Positions 13,606-25,944 of a stretch of 64,000 nucleotides of DNA are shown here, piece after piece. This DNA comes from Mobula hypostoma (lineage: Eukaryota). Numbering within the stretch: the stretch's first letter is position 1; each line of letters starts with the position of its first letter. A program made the position numbers and the translations under genes. The DNA is taken from assembly GCF_963921235.1 (NCBI RefSeq), contig NC_086108.1, positions 77,502,001 to 77,566,000 on the forward strand, given 5' to 3'. The notes under the pieces were generated by a model. The model ran no database searches. It saw only the letters and a program-made list of their open reading frames with translations, and was not told where the DNA came from.

Positions 13606-14062
13606 ACTGAAAGAAGAGCTAGTAAGAGATTTGAGAGTGGGAGGGGGAGGGGGAGATCCGAAATGATAGGAGAAGACAGGAGGGGGAAGGGATGGAGCTA
13701 ACAGCTGGACAGTTGATTGGCAAAAGGGATAGGAGAGGGTCATGGGACGGGAGGCCTAGGGAGAAAGAAAGGGGGAGGGGGGAAGCCCAGAGGATGGGCA
13801 AGGAGTATAGTGAGAGGAACTTTTTCTCTCTCTCCTTTTTCTCCCTCTGTTCCTCTCACTATACTCCTTGCCCATCCTCTGGGCTTCCCCCTCTCCCTTT
13901 CTTTCTCCCTAGGCCTCCCGTCCCATGACCCTCTCCTATCCCTTTTGCCAATCAACTGTCCAGCTGTTAGCTCCATCCCTCCCCCCTCCTGTCTTCTCCT
14001 ATCATTTCGGATCTCCCCCTCCCCCTCCCACTCTCAAATCTCTTACTAGCTCTTCTTTCAGT

Positions 14063-14100
14063 TAGTCCTGACGAAGGGTCTCGGCCCGAAACGTCGACTG
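14063..14100 (+). ncRNA. Minimal hammerhead ribozyme
   Basis: TAGTC-CTGACGA-A-GGG-TCTCGG-CCC-GAAAC-GTC-GACTG. Predicted cleavage after C14095. Confidence 0.8.
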
Positions 14101-15436
14101 TACCTCTTCCTATAGATGCTGCCTGGCCTGCTGCGTTCACCAGCAACTTTTATGTGTGTTGCTTGAAATTCCAGCGTCTGCAGATTTCCTCGTGTTTGCG
14201 TTTTATTCTATGGTGAAATACCTTTATTTGTGTTTGTGAGACTATAATAATCTTAACTAACACTGGGATACACTTCTATTTCTCTGTCCTTCTGTGCTGG
14301 GAGCTAAACTTTATGCCTACTTGTGATTGTCCCGAGGGTCAATCTGTTGGTCTAATGAGGCATGACTTCCAGTGACTGACTTTTAAGACTGCTGTAAACA
14401 ATAGAAATGGTAGTTTTTCCTTTAATCTAAGACTATGTTTCACACTCCCCTCCTTTGCTGACCTGAGCAAACATTAATCCATATCTCTTTTCTGTTACAG
14501 TAGGTATTTATCTCAACTGTTTGGTACAAATTTTGATGTTACAGAGTCATAACTTTCAATTGTATTTCAGGGGATTAAACTCAATATCAGTGTTTAAAAT
14601 GGGTTACTCTACTTCAATTATATTTTGCATCAGAATGCATTTCAATGGCATGAATACTCACAAAAAGCTGTACTTCAGCTTCTTAAAATAAAATTTTCAG
14701 ACTGTTTCCTGTGCTGCCATTTGTTGTTAAATTAAGACAACTTCCTATCCACCCCCCTCCTTAGGTATAGTTGGCCGTCCTCTGGTATTGCGAGAGCTCC
14801 ACACCAAACTTAAGCACCTGATTTCTTGTTACAGACCATACAGGTCCTGTATTACACAGATCAACAAGTAGGTAAAGGGTATTTCATTTGAATTTGGGCC
14901 CATGTTGTCATATACAATGGCTGCATATAAACTTTTTTGGACTCCAAATGAGGGGTTCATAGTGTCATTTTCTGAAGTCACATGGCTCAGTAAAAAATTA
15001 TAGGAAGGTACTGAAAGGGAATGATGGGTAAATTTATAACCCAGTTTGGAAATCTGTATAATTGAACCTGAGACTGGAGTTTCAATCCCACCATTACAAT
15101 TACGGGAATCTAAGTAAACAGATGAATAGGCAGAGTTATTGTTAAATAAAACACTTGGGTTGGAAGGTGAAGGAAAAAAGTAAAGGGAATCTGCAATCTT
15201 GGTACAATCTGGGTTCTAGATGAGTTCAAATCTCTCATTTCGGCAGTCTGGGATACCCACCTGCTTCAAACAGGCTTCATTTCTTCTGGTGCCTAAGAAT
15301 AATGTGGTAGCTTGTCTCAATAACCAGTAGCACTTACATCCACTGTGCTTTGAGAGGCTGGTGATGAAACGTATCAACTCCTGCCTAAGAAGTGACTGGG
15401 ATCCATTCCAATTTGCCAACTAGCACAACAGGGGAA

Positions 15437-15622
15437 AGCAAACACGAGGAAATCAGCAGATGCTGGAAATTCAAGCAACACACATAAAAAATGCTGGTGA
15501 ATGCGGCAGGCCAGGCAGCATCTATAGGAAGAGGTACAGTCAACGTTTCGGGCCGTCTACTGTAACTCTTCCTATAGATGTTGCCTGGCCTGCTGCGTTC
15601 ACCAGCATTTTTTATGTGTGTT
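15437..15622. mobile_element. Short fold-back PLE fragment
   Basis: PLE terminus on the minus strand, followed by an inverted ~65-bp copy (about 15478-15541 versus 15559-15622). Confidence 0.85.
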
Positions 15623-16226
15623 AGGTGAATAGCAGGTATCATTTCATTGGCACTTCACTCAACCCTGGAACACCTGGACAGCAAAGATGCATACTTTTCA
15701 TTGACAACAGCTTGACATTCAATACCATCGTCCCCTCAGAACTAATCGATAAGCTCCAAGACCGAGGCCACAATGCCTCCTTCTGAAACTGGATCCTCAA
15801 TTTCCTCACTTGCAGACCCCAGTCAGTTTCATTTGCTGCAAGATCTCCTCCAGAATCTCCATCAGCAGGGGTGCACTACAAGACTGTGTGCTTAGTCTCC
15901 TGCTCTAGACACTTTACACTTATGACTGTGTGGCTACTTATTAACACTAATGTCATATTTAAGTTTGCCGATGACACCACTGTTGTTGGCTGAATCAAAG
16001 ATGGTGATGAATCAGCACATAGGAGGGAGACTGAAAATCTGGCTGAGTGCTGCAACAATAACAACCTCTCATTCAATGTCAGCAAGGCCAAGGAGCTGAT
16101 TATTTACCAGGAGGAGGAAACTCGAGGTCCATGAGCCAGTCCTCATCAGGGGATCAGGAGCGGAGAGGGCCAGCAACTTTAAATTTCTCCTTGTTAGCAT
16201 TTCAGAGGACCTGTCCTGGGTCCAGC

Positions 16227-18065
16227 AAGGACATTAAGGACACCCTGAATGCTAAAAAGAGGGCGTTTAGAGATGGAAATAGGGAGGAGCTGAGGGCAAT
16301 GCAGAGGGACCTGAAAGCCAGGACCAGGGAGGCTAAAGACAGGTACAGGATAAAGCTTGAGTGGAAACTCCAGCAGAACAACATGAGAAAGGTCTGGAGT
16401 GGGATGAGGACCATCACTGGGTTCCAGCAAACTAGCAACAGAGGAGCTGAAGACAGTGTGGACAGGGCCAACGAACTTAACCTGTTCTTTAACAGATTTG
16501 ACATTGTGGCCCCTGCCCATCCCCCACATGAGCCATCTGTTGTCGGCCCCCAACCAACACATATTCCACTCTCCCCTCCTACCCCTCTTCACAGTCCCCC
16601 ACCCTGCTCTCATGACTATACCCCTTCCCCACATGAAACCACCATGGTGGGTTTCACAGTTGAACAGGTGAGAAGACAGCTGAAACGTCTCAACCCAAGC
16701 AAGGCTGCAGGACCGGATGGTGTCAGTACCAGGGTGCTCAAAGCCTGTGCCCCTCAGCTGTGTGGAGTACTTCACCATGTATTCAACCTGAGCCTGATGC
16801 TCCGGAGGGTTCCTGTACTGTGGAAGATGTCCTGCCTTGTCCCTGTGCCGAAGACGCCGCGCCCCGGCGGCCTGAATGACTACAGAACGGTGGCATTGAC
16901 CTCCCACATCATGAAGACCCTGGAGAGACTTGTTCTGGAGCTGCTCCGGCCTATGGTCAGGCCACACTTAGATTCCCTCCAGTTCGCCTACCAGCCCCGA
17001 ATAGGAGTTGAGGATGCCATCGTCTACCTGCTGAACCATGTCTACGCCCACCTGGACAAGCCAGCGAGCACTGTGAGGGTCATGTTTTTTGACTTCTCCA
17101 GTGCGTTCAACACCATTCGCCCTGCTCTGCTAGGGGAGAAGCTGAGAGCGATGCAGGTGGATGCTTCCCTGGTATCATGGATTCTTGATTACCTGACTGG
17201 CAGACCACAGTACGTGTGCTTGCAACACTGTGAGTCCGACAGAGTGATCAGCAGCACTGGGGCTCCACAGGGGACCATCTTGTCTCCCTTTCTCTTCACC
17301 ATTTACACCTCGGACTTCAACTACTGCACAGAGTCTTGTCATCTTCAGAAGTTTTCAGATGACTCTGCCATAGTTGGATGCATCAGCAAGGAAGATGAGG
17401 CTGAGTACAGGGCTACGGTAGGAAACTTTGTCACATGGTGTGAGCAGAATTATCTGCAGCTTAATGTGAAAAAGACTAAGGAGCTGGTGGTAGACCTGAG
17501 GAGAGCTAAGGTACCGGTGACCCCTGTTTCTATACAGGGGGTCAGTATGGCCATGGTGGAGGATTACAGATACCTGGGGATATGAATTGACAATAAACTG
17601 GACTGGTCAAAGAACACTGAGGCTGTCTACAAGAAGGATCAGAGCTGTCTTTATTTCCTGAGGAGACGGAGGTCCTTTAACATCTGCCAGACGATGCTGA
17701 GGATGTTCTACGAGTCTGTGGTGGCCAGTGCGATCATGTTTGCTGTTGTGTGCTGGGGCAGCAGGCTGAGGGTAGCAGACACCAACAGAATCAACAAACT
17801 CATTCGTAAGGCCAGTGATGTTGTGGGGATGGAACTGGACTCTCTCACAGTGGTGTCTGAAAAGAAGATGCTGACTAAGTTGCATGCCATCTTGGTCAAT
17901 GTTTCCCATCCACTACATAATGTACTGGGTGGGCACAGGAGTACATTCAGCCAGAGACTCATTCCTCCGAGATGCAACACAGAGCATCATAGGAAGTCAT
18001 TCCTGCCTGTGGCCATCAAACTTTACAACTCCTCCCTTGGAGGGTCAGACACCCTGCGCCAATAG
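16227..18065 (+). pseudogene. Rex1 reverse transcriptase frame with a single in-frame TGA at 17583-17585
   Basis: Track ORFs 16131-17585 and 17694-18065 are in the same frame. The intervening codons read IDNKLDWSKNTEAVYKK. Confidence 0.85.
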
Positions 18066-18227
18066 GTTGGTCCTGGACTTATTTCATAATTTACTGGCAT
18101 AATTTACATATTACTATTTAACTATTTATTGTTCTATTACTATTCATTATTTATGGTGCAACTGTAATGAAAACCAATTTCCCCCGGGATCAATAAAGTA
18201 TGACTATGACTATGACTATGACTATGA
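16227..18227 (+). mobile_element. Young 5'-truncated Rex1/Babar LINE
   Basis: RT motifs KAAGPDG, QFAYQP, FFDFSSAFNTI, GAPQGTILSP, KFSDD. Tail GGGATCAATAAAG(TATGAC)n. Confidence 0.92.
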
Positions 18228-19569
18228 AATGCCATTACAAAGAGAGCACAACAGCGCCTCTACTTACTTAGAAGTTTGCACAGATTCAGCATATTATCTA
18301 AAACTTTGACAACCTTCTATACTTAAGATGTGTAGTGGAGAGTATACTGACAGATATGGAAACACCAATGCCCTTATATGGAAAAGTCTTCAAAAAGTAG
18401 TGGATATGGTTCAGCCCATCACAGTTAAAGTCCTCCCCAACACTGCACACATCTACATGGAGTGTTGTTGTAGGAAAACAGCATTTATAATCAAGGACCC
18501 CTGCCTTCCAGGTCATGCTCTTTTCTTACTGCTGCCATCAGGAAGAAGGTAAAGGAGCTGCAAGACCCATTCGATTAGGTTCAGGAACTGCTTTAACTCT
18601 CAACCATCATGCTCTTGAACCAGTCGGGATAATTTCACTCAACTTCAATCACCTTCACTGAAATGTTCCAACAACCCAAGGACTCACTTTGAAGGACTCT
18701 TCATCTTATGTTCTCAATACTATTTTTTATTTATCATTATTATTATTATTATTTTATTATTATTATTATTTCACTTTCCTTTTGTTTTTGCACAGTTTGT
18801 AAGGGTTTTATTTGGAGTTTGGTCATTTGTCCACCCTGTTGGGTTCTGTCATGCATTGATTCGATTGTGCTTCTTGTATTTACTGTGATTGCCCGCAAGA
18901 AAATGTATCTTAGGGGTGTATGTGGTGATATATATTTCCTTCGATAAAAAATTTACTTTGATATTTGAAATTTGAATCAAGAAGCAGCAAAGTATTGGCT
19001 CAACTACTCTTCAAATGATCGATTAATTCATTCTATTTAAATTGGAGATAGACAATAAAGTTGGCTCTTGTCTGATGTTACATGATTGAATAATAAATCA
19101 TGTACTGCTGAATTAGCTGATCTCAGATGGACTGGCAATAGTTCGACTAAATCTGAACTAGGCACCCCAGGAAAAGTGGTTAGGTATCTGGCTCCCTGTT
19201 AGTGACAAGGGAATATCCATTGGATGCTGTATCTGCATGTTGAGCAAGGAAAAATATAACACACATGAGCAGACAGCCTACTCACACTCACTGTTTAGAC
19301 TTAAGCACAAAAATACTGCCTACAAACTATTGTCTAAGTTATTGGTGCATTAATTTACTATGATAATTTTAATAAATTGATATCAATCATTGAAGTTCAT
19401 GCTGACCATATTATTAGTGTTCCAATTTCAACCTCCTGGGTTATGCCAATTCCTTTGCCTGCTAACATGTTTTATTATATGCACAGACGTGGACAATAGT
19501 TCAGTGGTCTATACACATTATTAAAAGTCTGCAAAATGTTTCATAATGCAACAAAATATTCACAATGCT

Positions 19570-19705
19570 GATTCCTGATGAAGGTTCTTGGCCCAAAATA
19601 TCAACTGTTTATTCCCATCCATGGATGCTGCCTGACCTGCTGAGCTCTTCCAGCACATTGGGTGTATTGCTCTAGATTTCCAACATCTGCAGTACCTCTT
19701 GTGTA
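19570..19705 (+). repeat. Old PLE-terminus-derived short repeat with decayed hammerhead
   Basis: CCTGATGAAGGTTCTTGGCCCAAAA...GATGCTGCCTGACCTGCTGAG. A similar copy lies at 44124-44250. Confidence 0.7.
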
Positions 19706-19814
19706 TTTGACAATACTGTTTTACAGTCAGCACTTTGATCACTTAGCATTAAAATTGGCTTTACGTTTTGTTCTAGTAATGCTGCTACTTGTAAAAATTG
19801 TGCATAATTCCGGT

Positions 19815-20590
19815 CAAGATGGTGCCTGCATACAACATTCCTTTGTTGGACATCATCTGGATAAACCACAAAACCACTTATTTCAATTTCTCTTCTTTTT
19901 CGTCTGTTTTTCATCTTGAATATGTTTCTGGAACTGCTAGGGGCTGCAATTTCCAATTTGGAGACCAATTAAGCAACCCAGCACTTTACTGTCTCTGAGA
20001 AAATGCTGGGAAGCAGCAAATGCGAACCTCACAGCAAAGCAACTACGAGGTGTGGCGCAATCTGAGATTCAGCTCCATTTCTCCAGTTAAAGCTTCCAAT
20101 ATTCAACGATAAATGAGGCAAGGAAGACTGAAACGTCGAGGCAAATGAGGAGTGTGAGCGCTGATGGCTTGCTGATCTCAGGTGGGATCGCTCTGCTGCC
20201 AAAGAGGAAGCTAGTGTGGCCTATCGCTGTGCCTAAAGTCTCTCTCTTTCAATAATGTTGCTGAATGTTAACAAGGTTTCTGTGTATGGATTTTGGGCTA
20301 TGAACTATGGACATATTTTTCAGCATTATGGTTTTTACATTCTGTGTTTTCACCGTCTTTCTCTTTGTTTTTAGTGTAGTGGGAGGGGTATTTGAGGGTC
20401 GTTGTTATTGTTATGTTTTGTGCGGGGGGAGAGAGGATTTGAGGGATTGATGATCCTGTTGGTGGGTCTGCTGTTTCTCTCTGAACTGACCTCCATGTTT
20501 TTCTTTGTTTCATGTCTATCTGGGGAAGAAGAGTCTCAGAGTTGTGTACTGCATAAATACTTTGCTGATAACTGAACCTTTGAATGAACC
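19815..20590 (+). mobile_element. Older non-autonomous LINE-tailed repeat (a similar element lies at ~45525-46115)
   Basis: Starts CAAGATGGTGCC and ends with a Rex1-like tail (TACTTTGCTGATAACTGAACCTTTGAA). No ORF. Confidence 0.45.
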
Positions 20591-20979
20591 CTTAATTTAT
20601 GTTTATTTTATGTTCTTTTTATGGATGCTACTTATGTGATACTATGTGCCTGCGATGCTGCTGCAAGGTTTTCAATGCACCTATATATACATATATATAT
20701 ATATAGTACATGTACTTGTGCATAAGGCAATAAACTCAACTTTGACTTTGAAGTAGGTTTTGAATTGTCAATCGTCAAGGTGCCCTTCAGTGACACATTG
20801 AATTCCCTGTGAACCTCAACACGACCGAGTCTCTCACCATTTTACAATATTCTGCCTTTTTTTCTATAATATTCCCCAAAATGGATAACTTCACGGTAAG
20901 TTGGTTTATTATTGTCATATGCACTGTTAGAGTGAAAAAGTTATCTTATAGCTACTGTCTATAAAGATCAAATCATTAG

Positions 20980-23900
20980 TTTCATAAAGAAGCACAGCAC
21001 AGCAACAGCCCCTTCAGCCCATCTAGTCCATACCAAAACCATGTATGCTGCCTTCTCCCATTGACTTGTACTGTGACCATAACCCTCTGCACCCCTACCA
21101 TCCATGCACCTATCCGAACCACTAAAATCGAGCTTGCAGGCACCATTCACTCCACACTCTCACGACCACTTGAGGCAAAAAGGTTCCCCTCATGTTCCCC
21201 TTAAAGTTTTCACCTTTTGCTCTTAACCCATGACCTCTTGTAGTCCCACCCAACCTCAGTGGAAAAAGCCTGCTTGCATTTACCCTGTCTATACCCCTCA
21301 TAATTTTATATACCTTTAATCAAATGTCCTCTCAATCTTCTACATTCTAAGGAATAAAGTCCTAACCTATTCAATCTTTCCTTATAACTCAGGTCCTCTA
21401 GACCCGGCAACATCCTTGTCTGTACTCTTTCAACATTAGTTACATCTTTCCTGTAGGTAAGTGACCAAATCTGGACACAGTACTCTCAACTAGGCCTCAC
21501 TGATGTCTTATACAACTTCAACATAACATCCCATCTCCAGTATTCAATACTTTGATTTATGAAGGCCAATGTGCCAAAAGCTTTCTTTATGACCCTATCT
21601 ACCTGTGACGCCACTTGCAATGAATTATGGACCTGTATTCCCAGATCTCTTTATTCTACCACACTCCTCATTACCCTTCACACTTGTCTGCATTAAGATC
21701 TATCTGCCATTTTTCAGTCCATTTTTTCAGCTGGTCCAGATCCCTCTACAAGCCATGATAGCTTTCCTTACTGTCCACTACACCCCCAATCTGGGTGTCA
21801 GCCACAAATTTTCTGATCCAGTTAACCACATTATCACTCAAATTGTTGACGTAGATGACAAACAACAAAGGACCCCGCACCAATCCCTATGGCACTCCAC
21901 TAGTCACAGGCCTCCAGTCAGAGAGGCAACTCTCTACTACCACTCTCTCTCTTCTCCCACAAAGCCAATGTCTAATCCAATTTACTATCTCATCTTGAAT
22001 GCTGAGCAACTGAACATTCTTGACCAACCTCCCATAAAGAACATTGTCAAATGCCTTGCTAAAGTCCATGTAGACAACATCCACTGCCTTGCCTTCATCA
22101 GATTTCTGGGTAACTTCCTCAGAAAACTGTATGATTGGTTAGACATGACCCACCATGCACGAAGCTAAGTTGACAGTCCTTAATCAGTCTGCGTCTATCC
22201 AGATATTTATATATCTGGTCCTTTAGAATACCTTCCAATAACTTTCCCACTACTGATGTCAGACACAATGATCTATAATTTCCTGGTTTCTGTTTAGAGC
22301 CTTTCTTAAACAACGGAACAACATTGGGCATCCTCCAATCCTCTGGTACCTCTCCTGTTGATAAAAATGATTTAAATATCTCCGCTAGGGCCTGGCATTT
22401 TCTGCACTTGCCTCCTGTAGGGTCCGTGGGAACACCTCGTTAAACCCTGAGGATTTATCCACCCTGATTTGCCTCAAGTTAATCAACACCCCTGTCTTGC
22501 CTCAAGATAGCAAATATCACCTCCTCTGTAAACTGTACAGGGCCCATGAAATTGATTCTGCTTTGCCTCACTTCTGTAGACTCTGTGTCCATCTCCTGAG
22601 TAATTACAGATGCAAAGAATTTAAGATCTCCCCAAACTCTTTCAGCTCCACACATTGATTACCAATTTGATCATCCAGAGAACTAATTTTGTCCCTTGCA
22701 GTCCTTTTGCTCTTAACATATTTGTAGAATCCTTTAGGATTCTCCTTTACCTTGTCTGCTAGAGCAATTTCATGCCTTCATTTGGCCCTCTTGATTTCTT
22801 TCTTAAGTTTTCTCTTGCATTTTCTATTACTCCATAAGCACCTCATTTGTTTCTATCTGCCGATACATGCAATGTACCTCCTTTTTTCTCTTAAACCTGG
22901 GCTTCAATATCTCGGAGGGAGGAGAAGATGGCGGCATGATGCAGCGCGTGTAGCCTTTCCAGTGAAATGATATTGTATTGTTAAATAGGGGCCATGCACA
23001 ATTCTGATTTGATGGAGACAGCCGTGAGAGCACGGAGGAACATCTAGAGTAACTTCTGAAATGCCCGGTTCGCTGCCACTGCTACTGTGCGATCGAAAAT
23101 CTCCAGAGGGAAGTCCCCAAAATCCTCGGCTTTGCCTGCTGCTGACAGAGGGGGGCTGGGGTCGAAGTGTTCGGCAGAGATGGTGCTCGGAGCTCAGTGT
23201 CAGAGGGCTGGTCGGAGCTCGAAGTTTTCGGACGACTCAGAGTTGGACTGTGGTCGGGTATGGCAGGGAGAGTTTTCTTCCTTCTCCCGTCTGCGTGAGA
23301 TGTGGGACTTTCAAGAGACTTTGAACTTTTTACCGTGCTAATGGCCTGTTCTTCATCAAGTTACGGTATTGCTTGCACTGTTGTAACTATATGTTATAAT
23401 TATGTTGTTTTTGTCAGTTTTTCAGTCTTGGTCTGTCCTGTGTTTCTGTGATATCACACCGGAGGAATATTGTATCATTTCTTAATGCATGCATTAATAA
23501 ATGACAATAAAAGAGGACTGTGTGTCCTCATAATCTTATCTAATCTTGAAAATCAAAGTTCCCTGCACTTGTTATCTTTATCTTTTATTCTAACAGGTAC
23601 ACACAAGTTTTGTACTCTCAAAATTCCACTTCTGACGGTCTCCCACTTACCAATTACACCTTTACCAGAAAACAGCCTATCCCAATCCACACTTGCCAGA
23701 TCCCTCCAGATACCATCAAAATCGGCCTTTCTCCGACTTAGAATCTCAACTCGGGGACCAGACCTATCTTTTTGCATATTTACTTTGAAACTAATGGCGT
23801 TGTGATTGCTAGATGCAAAGTGTTCCCCTACACAAATTTTTGTCACCTGCCCTGTCTCATTCGCTAATAGCAGGTTAAGCATCACACACTCTCCCTTTGG

Positions 23901-24535
23901 GACTTCTATGTACTGATTAAGGAAACTTCCCTGAACTCATTTGACAAACTCTGTCCCATCTACTTTTTTTTATAGTATAGGAGTCCCAGTCAATATGTGG
24001 AAAGTTAAAATCACCTACTATAACAACCTTATGTTTCTTGCAAGAGTTTGTGATCTCTCTACAAATTTGCTCCTCTAAATCTTTCAGATTGTGAAGTGGC
24101 CTGTAATATAATCCCATTAATGTGGTCATATCTTTCTTATTTCTCAGATCAACACATAATGCTTCACTAGATGAGTTCTCCAGTCTGTCCTAACGGAGCA
24201 CTGCCATGACATTTTCCCTGACTAGTAATGCCACCCCTCCTGCTTTAACCCCTTCCACCCTGTCGCATCTAGAATAATGGAAGCCAGAATATTCAGTTGC
24301 CAGTCCTGTCCTTCCTGCAACCAAATCTCACTAATGGCTACAATAACATAAGTCCAGGTGTTGATCCATTCTCTGGGCTCATCTGCCTTTCCTATGATAC
24401 TTTTTGCATTGGGGTATATGCAGCTCAGGTCACTAGATGCGCCATGCTCAATTTTTTGGTTCCTGACTTTATCTTAGGCCTTAACATCTGTCTCTACAAC
24501 CTCTCCACTATCTGTTCTGGCACTTTGGTTCCCAT
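20980..24535 (-). mobile_element. Degraded CR1 LINE ORF2, interrupted at 22914-23546
   Basis: DVVYMDFSKAFDNV, NVVPLFKKGSK and IVGDFNFPHIDW fragments. Same subfamily as 4205-7590. Confidence 0.9.
22914..23546 (+). mobile_element. ~650-bp non-autonomous retroposon, copy 2
   Basis: Cleanly interrupts CR1 (CAATATCTC | TGAAAATCAA; compare the empty site near 6150-6170). Confidence 0.88.
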
Positions 24536-24812
24536 TGTTAGAGCGATTTTTGGGTTTAGATCATTTACATTTAGCAAATGGCTTTGGCCACCAGTCTTCT
24601 GTTCCTTGACAATGTACTGTGGATTTAATTTGTAACAATGCATTTCCTAAAAGCTGTGAATACCAGTCCAGATGCTGCTGGCGCCTGTGGGATGGATGTG
24701 AACCAGAAGGTGTGAAGTTTGCATGCAGTATCGATGACAGCATCATCTATACTTTGTAAATATAGATTGTCCTTCATGTTAAGCACCTAAAATACCAAAT
24801 AAATGTATTGTG

Positions 24813-25024
24813 GCAAACATGAGGAAATCTGCAGATGCTGGAATTTCAAGCAACACACATAAAAATTGCTGGTGAACGCAGCAGGCCAGGCAGCATCTAT
24901 AGGAAGAGGTACAGTTGACGTTTCGCGTCGAGACCCTTCGTCAGGACTAACTGAAGGAAGATTTAGTAAGAGATTTGGAAGTTGGAGGGGGAGGGGGAGA
25001 TCTGAAATGATAGGAGAAGACAGA
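24813..25024 (-). mobile_element. PLE terminal fragment with mutated hammerhead (24912-24949)
   Basis: Reverse complement of ~13990-14200. Helix II is disrupted. Confidence 0.85.
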
Positions 25025-25944
25025 ACCTTCTTCAGGACAATGACTGCTTTCCTGAACGCCTCCATTCAGTCCATAAGTGGACTGGGAACTTCTAGTTGTC
25101 TGACACGTTGATTCTTCGTCTGACTTATACTCTGACCTCTCTCTTCAGTCATTATTTTCCTCCAGTGATGGCTAATGTAATCTCAAAGGACAAACCCTCA
25201 TTTTCTATCTGATCTTTTATTTCAGCTACTGTACTGAACATAGAATTTAACAATTTCTGACAACCATGCCCAATTTTTCATTACCTGCATGATGTTAATG
25301 AATATTTCACCTTCAGTCTGTTCCTTTTCTTCTCCCTTCAGCTGCCACTGTTGAAATTAATAGCTTCCTTGACAATTGGTGTTGACACCTGATCATGCAC
25401 ATTCCCACTGTCTTCTCTACCTCACCTCCCTTTTGCAACTTGGGACATGCTACTTTCCTCATTTTTTTTCAGTTAATGCTTTCTTATTTGTGTATGGCTA
25501 TGTGTGTGTTCCTGTTCAAATTCCTTCGTCTGATTCTTTTGATATCATTCATCTTTGGGTTCTTTTCAAATGGTTCCGTCTTTATATATCTCTCTTGAGT
25601 TGATTCTCCAAGCTATTACCTACCACTATCAGCGCTTCGCTTGGAAAATCTCTCAATTACTTCTTAAGGGGGCATTTTCACATTCCTGCTACCATTCTAA
25701 TGTTTGTTTGACTCTTCGTCATTGTTTGCAAAGCCAAACTGAAATAGACTTATCAATAGAATATCCACTGTTGAAGGCAATAACTTCCAAGTAATACTAG
25801 TGCCTTATACAATAATTTGCCAGAAGTCTAAACAGCTGGTACAGCCATGCCTAAGTGTAGTAGAGAAAGAGAAATAAAGATAATTAATGTCACTTTGCAT
25901 GTGCAAAACTTTCTACCATCAGGCATGATACTCTGATGCATAAA

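Larger units (their letters stand above)
13510..14202. mobile_element. Fold-back PLE insertion: ~310-bp inverted arms, 14-bp TSD
   Basis: 13510-13820 is the near-exact reverse complement of 13849-14158. TTATTCTATGGTGA occurs at 13496-13509 and 14203-14216. Homologous to 8840-9181. Confidence 0.92.
15655..18975 (+). mobile_element. Old Rex1-like LINE, split by a younger Rex1 insertion
   Basis: KFADDTTVVG-type sequence at ~15961. CAGAGGACCTGTCCTGGGTCCAGCA (to 16226) continues as AATGCCATTACAAAG (18228), collinear with 8035-8080. Confidence 0.8.

Noticed and set aside
16131..16226. N-terminus of the 484-aa RT ORF
   Set aside because: It derives from the older flanking element in another frame. 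The fusion is accidental.
18199..18227. Short tandem arrays ((TATGAC)n, (AGAAACAT)n, (TAT)n) as CRISPR or satellite
   Set aside because: They have no spacers. They are LINE 3' tails or microsatellites in eukaryotic DNA.
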